Assembly: GCF_030684315.1 (NCBI RefSeq)
Contig: NC_081400.1
Location: 3,465,795-3,529,794, forward strand
Direction: 5' to 3'
Length of the DNA stretch: 64,000 bases
Source of the DNA: Stegostoma tigrinum
Taxonomy: Eukaryota
Part shown: positions 61,042 through 64,000 of the stretch, piece by piece
How positions within the stretch are numbered: position 1 is the stretch's first letter
Layout: every line of letters begins with the position of its first letter
Notes under the pieces: model-generated
What the model was told of the DNA's origin: nothing
The model's input: only the letters and a program-made list of their open reading frames with translations
Databases searched by the model: none
Program-made: the position numbers and the translations under genes

Positions 61042-63651
61042 CCTACAGGAAGATCTGCCTACTGAGTCAGTATGGTGGAAATTTGGAACAGCAAGGGAGT
61101 AGTCACCTCGTTAGGGGTTTACTACAGGCCCCCCAGTAGCAGCAGGGAGATTAAAGAAAGCATAGGTCGACTGATTTTGGAAAAGTGTGGACGCAGTAGG
61201 GTTGTTGTAATGGGTGACTTTAACTTTCCTAATATTGATTGAAACCTCCTTCGAGCAGAAGATTTGAATGGAGCTGTTTTTGTAATGTGTGTTCAGAAGG
61301 GTTTCCTAACGCAGTACGTTGACAGGCCGACGAGGGGAGAGGCCATTTAGACTTGGTGCTCGGAAACGAGCCGGGGCAGGGAGAGATCTTATGGTGGGAG
61401 AGCATTTTGGTGATAGTGACCATAACTGCCTCACATTCTACATAGCCATGGAGAAGGAGAGGATTAGGCAAAATGGGAGGATATTTAATTGGGGAAGAAG
61501 AAACTATGACGTGATTAGACATGCGTTAGGAAGCATGGACTGGGAGCAATTGTTCCATGGTAAGGGAACTATAGATATGTGGAGACTGTTTAAGGAACAG
61601 TTGTTGTGAGTGATGAGTAAATATATCCCTCTGAGACAGGCAAGAAGGGGTAAGATAAAAGAACCTTGGATGACGAGAGCGGTGGACTTCTTGTGAAAAG
61701 GAAGATGGTAGCTTACATAAGGTGGAGGAAGCTAGGGTCAAGTTCAGCTAGAGAGGATTACACGCAGGCAAGGAAGGAACTCAAAAATGGTCTGAGGAGA
61801 GCCAGGAGGGGGCACGAGAAAGGCTTGGCAGAAGGAATCAGGGAAAACACAAAGGCATTTTACACTTATGTGAAGAATAAGAGAATGGTCAAAGAAAGAG
61901 TAGGGCCGAACAGGGATAGCATAGGGAACTTGTGTGTGGAGTCTGAGGAGGTACGGGAAGCCCTAAATGAGTATTTTGCTTCTGTCTTTACGAAAGAAAC
62001 CAACTTTGTAGTGAATGAAACCTTTGAAGAGCAGGTGTGCATGCTGGAATGGATAGAGATAGAGGAAGCTGATGTGCTGAAAATTTTGTCAAACATTAAG
62101 ATTGACAAATCACCAGGCCCGGACCAGATTTGTCCTCGGCTGCTTTGGGAAGCGAGAAATGCAATTGCTTTGCCACTTGCGAAGATCTTTGCATCCTCGC
62201 TCTCCACTGGAGTCGTACCTGAGGGCTGGAGAGAGGGAAATGTAACTCCTCTCTTCAAGAATGGAAATAGGGAACTCCCCGGCAATTACAGACCAGTAAG
62301 TCTCACGTCTGTCGTCTGCAAGGTGTTAGAAAGGATTCTGAGGGATAGGATTTATGACCATCTGGAAGAGCATGGCTTGATCAAATGCAGTCAACACGGC
62401 TTTGTGAGGGGCAGGTCATGCCTCACAAACTTTATCGAGTTCTTTGAGGATGTGACTAGAAAAGTTGATGAGAGTCGAGCTGCGGATGTGGTGTATGTGG
62501 ACTTCAGTAAGGCATTTGATAAGGTTCCCCATGGTAGGCTCATTCAGAAGGTCAGGAGGAATGGCATACAGGGGAACATAGCTGTCTGGATACAGAATTG
62601 GCTGGCCAACAGAAGACAGCGAGTGGTAGTAGAAGGAAAATATTCTGCCTGGAAGTCAGTGGTGAGTGGGGTTCCACAGGGCTCTGTCCTTGGGCCTCTA
62701 CTGTTTGTAATTTTTATTAATGACTTGGATGAGGGGATTGAAGGATGGGTCAGCAAGTTTGCAGACGACACAAAGGTTGGAGGTGTCGTTGACAGTATAG
62801 AGGGCTGTTGTAGGCTGCAGCGGCTCATTGACAGGATGCAGAGATGGGCTGAGAGGTGGCAGATGGAGTTCAACCTGGATAAATGCGAGGTGATGCATTT
62901 TGGAAGGTCGAATTTGAAAGCTGAGTACAGGATTAAGGATAGGATTCCTGGCAGTGTGGAGGAACAGAGGGATCTTGGTGTGCAGATACATAGATCCCTT
63001 AAAATGGCCACCCAAGTGGACAGGGTTGTTAAGAAAACATATGGTGTTTTGGCTTTCATTAACAGGGGGTTTGAGTTTAAGAGTCGTGCGATCTTGTTGC
63101 AGCTCTATAAAACTTTGGTTAGACCGCACTTGGAATACTGCATCCAGTTCTGGTCGCCCTATTATAGGAAAGATGTGGATGCTTTGGAGAGGGTTCAGAG
63201 GAAGTTTACCAGGATGCTGCCTGGACTGGAGGGCTTATCTTATGAAAAGAGGTTGACTGAGCTCGGTCTCTTTTCATTGGAGAAAAGGAGGAGGAGAGGG
63301 GACCGAACTGAGGTATACAAGATAATGAGAGGCATAGATAGCGTTGATAGCCAGAGACTATTTCCCAGGGCAGAAATGGCTAGCACGAGGGGTCATAGTT
63401 TTAAGCTGGTTGGAGGAAAGTATAGAGGGGATGTCAGAGGCGGGTTCTTTACACAGAGAGTTGTGAGAGCATGGAATGCGTTGCCAGCAGCAGTTGTGGA
63501 AGCAAGTTCATTGGGGTCATTTAAGAGACTGCTGGACATGCATATGCTCACAGAAATTTGAGGGTGCATATATGAGGATCAATGGTCGGCACAACATTGT
63601 GGGCTGAAGGGCCTGTTCTGTGCTGTGCTGTTCTATGTTCTTTGTTCTATG
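61042..63651 (+). mobile_element. Young 5'-truncated CR1 LINE with 5-bp TSD
   Basis: TSD TACTT at 61037-61041 and 63652-63656; (TTCTATG)-type tail; the flanks rejoin into the conserved upstream block. Confidence 0.92.
61666..63561 (+). CDS. CR1 ORF2 reverse-transcriptase region (631-codon open stretch, no true start)
   Basis: KSPGPD, NYRPVSLTS, QHGF, DFSKAFDKVPH, GVPQGSVLGP, FADD, RPHLEY. Confidence 0.85.
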   Translation: MDDESGGLLVKRKMVAYIRWRKLGSSSAREDYTQARKELKNGLRRARRGHEKGLAEGIRENTKAFYTYVKNKRMVKERVGPNRDSIGNLCVESEEVREALNEYFASVFTKETNFVVNETFEEQVCMLEWIEIEEADVLKILSNIKIDKSPGPDQICPRLLWEARNAIALPLAKIFASSLSTGVVPEGWREGNVTPLFKNGNRELPGNYRPVSLTSVVCKVLERILRDRIYDHLEEHGLIKCSQHGFVRGRSCLTNFIEFFEDVTRKVDESRAADVVYVDFSKAFDKVPHGRLIQKVRRNGIQGNIAVWIQNWLANRRQRVVVEGKYSAWKSVVSGVPQGSVLGPLLFVIFINDLDEGIEGWVSKFADDTKVGGVVDSIEGCCRLQRLIDRMQRWAERWQMEFNLDKCEVMHFGRSNLKAEYRIKDRIPGSVEEQRDLGVQIHRSLKMATQVDRVVKKTYGVLAFINRGFEFKSRAILLQLYKTLVRPHLEYCIQFWSPYYRKDVDALERVQRKFTRMLPGLEGLSYEKRLTELGLFSLEKRRRRGDRTEVYKIMRGIDSVDSQRLFPRAEMASTRGHSFKLVGGKYRGDVRGGFFTQRVVRAWNALPAAVVEASSLGSFKRLLDMHMLTEI

Positions 63652-64000
63652 TACTTGTGAGTAAAGCTACAGCTTTCTGTGCGATACTTTGGAGCTGACA
63701 ACTGATGGTGCCACGGGGTCCTGCTGCTGCTGCTAATCGCTCACCGATCAGAGAGGTTTCCATTCCTCCACCCACATGACCCTCCCCTTCCCCTCCATCT
63801 GGAGTGAGGACCACACCACCTGCAGCCGCTTCGCAACTAGGCCAAAAACAGCATCACTTCTGCTCTCGGCATCGAAAATGAGGCACTTGAAAAGCCATCC
63901 AGGTTCCCCGAGGCTGAGTTCGAGCGACTACACTGCATTGAACTCGGATGCAGAGGCAGTCTTGGAGCCAGCTCTTCGACCATGTTACTCGTCATTGAGG
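63652..64000. other. Conserved upstream block, copy C (continues from 60855-61041)
   Basis: Aligns with about 5064-5400; more diverged than A versus B. Confidence 0.85.

Overview
Eukaryotic, repeat-rich DNA from a cartilaginous fish (shark), judged from HE1-type and SacSINE1-type SINEs, CR1 LINEs and cluster-type Ig organisation. The window holds a tandem array of immunoglobulin light-chain clusters most similar to type I (NS5 / sigma-cart). Cluster A is an intact gene: promoter, leader (6685-6733), an already-joined in-frame VJ exon (6841-7200) and C exon (10022-10344), 243 aa when spliced. Cluster B is a pseudogene. Its promoter, leader and V are replaced by a 285-bp promoter-like insert; an unjoined J with a decayed 23-bp-spacer RSS survives (42501-42577); its C exon has a 12-bp deletion (44848-45158). 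The upstream flank of a probable third cluster runs off the right end. Each unit is preceded by a G-rich ~37-bp satellite and a conserved non-coding block. The most unusual item is a Tx1-clade L1 element (about 17960-23138) inserted into the hammerhead-ribozyme motif of a Penelope-derived hairpin; its 5' end carries a divergent copy of the target that rebuilds the hammerhead. Repeat-family names come from motif recognition, not database searches. Repeat boundaries are approximate unless a TSD is given.
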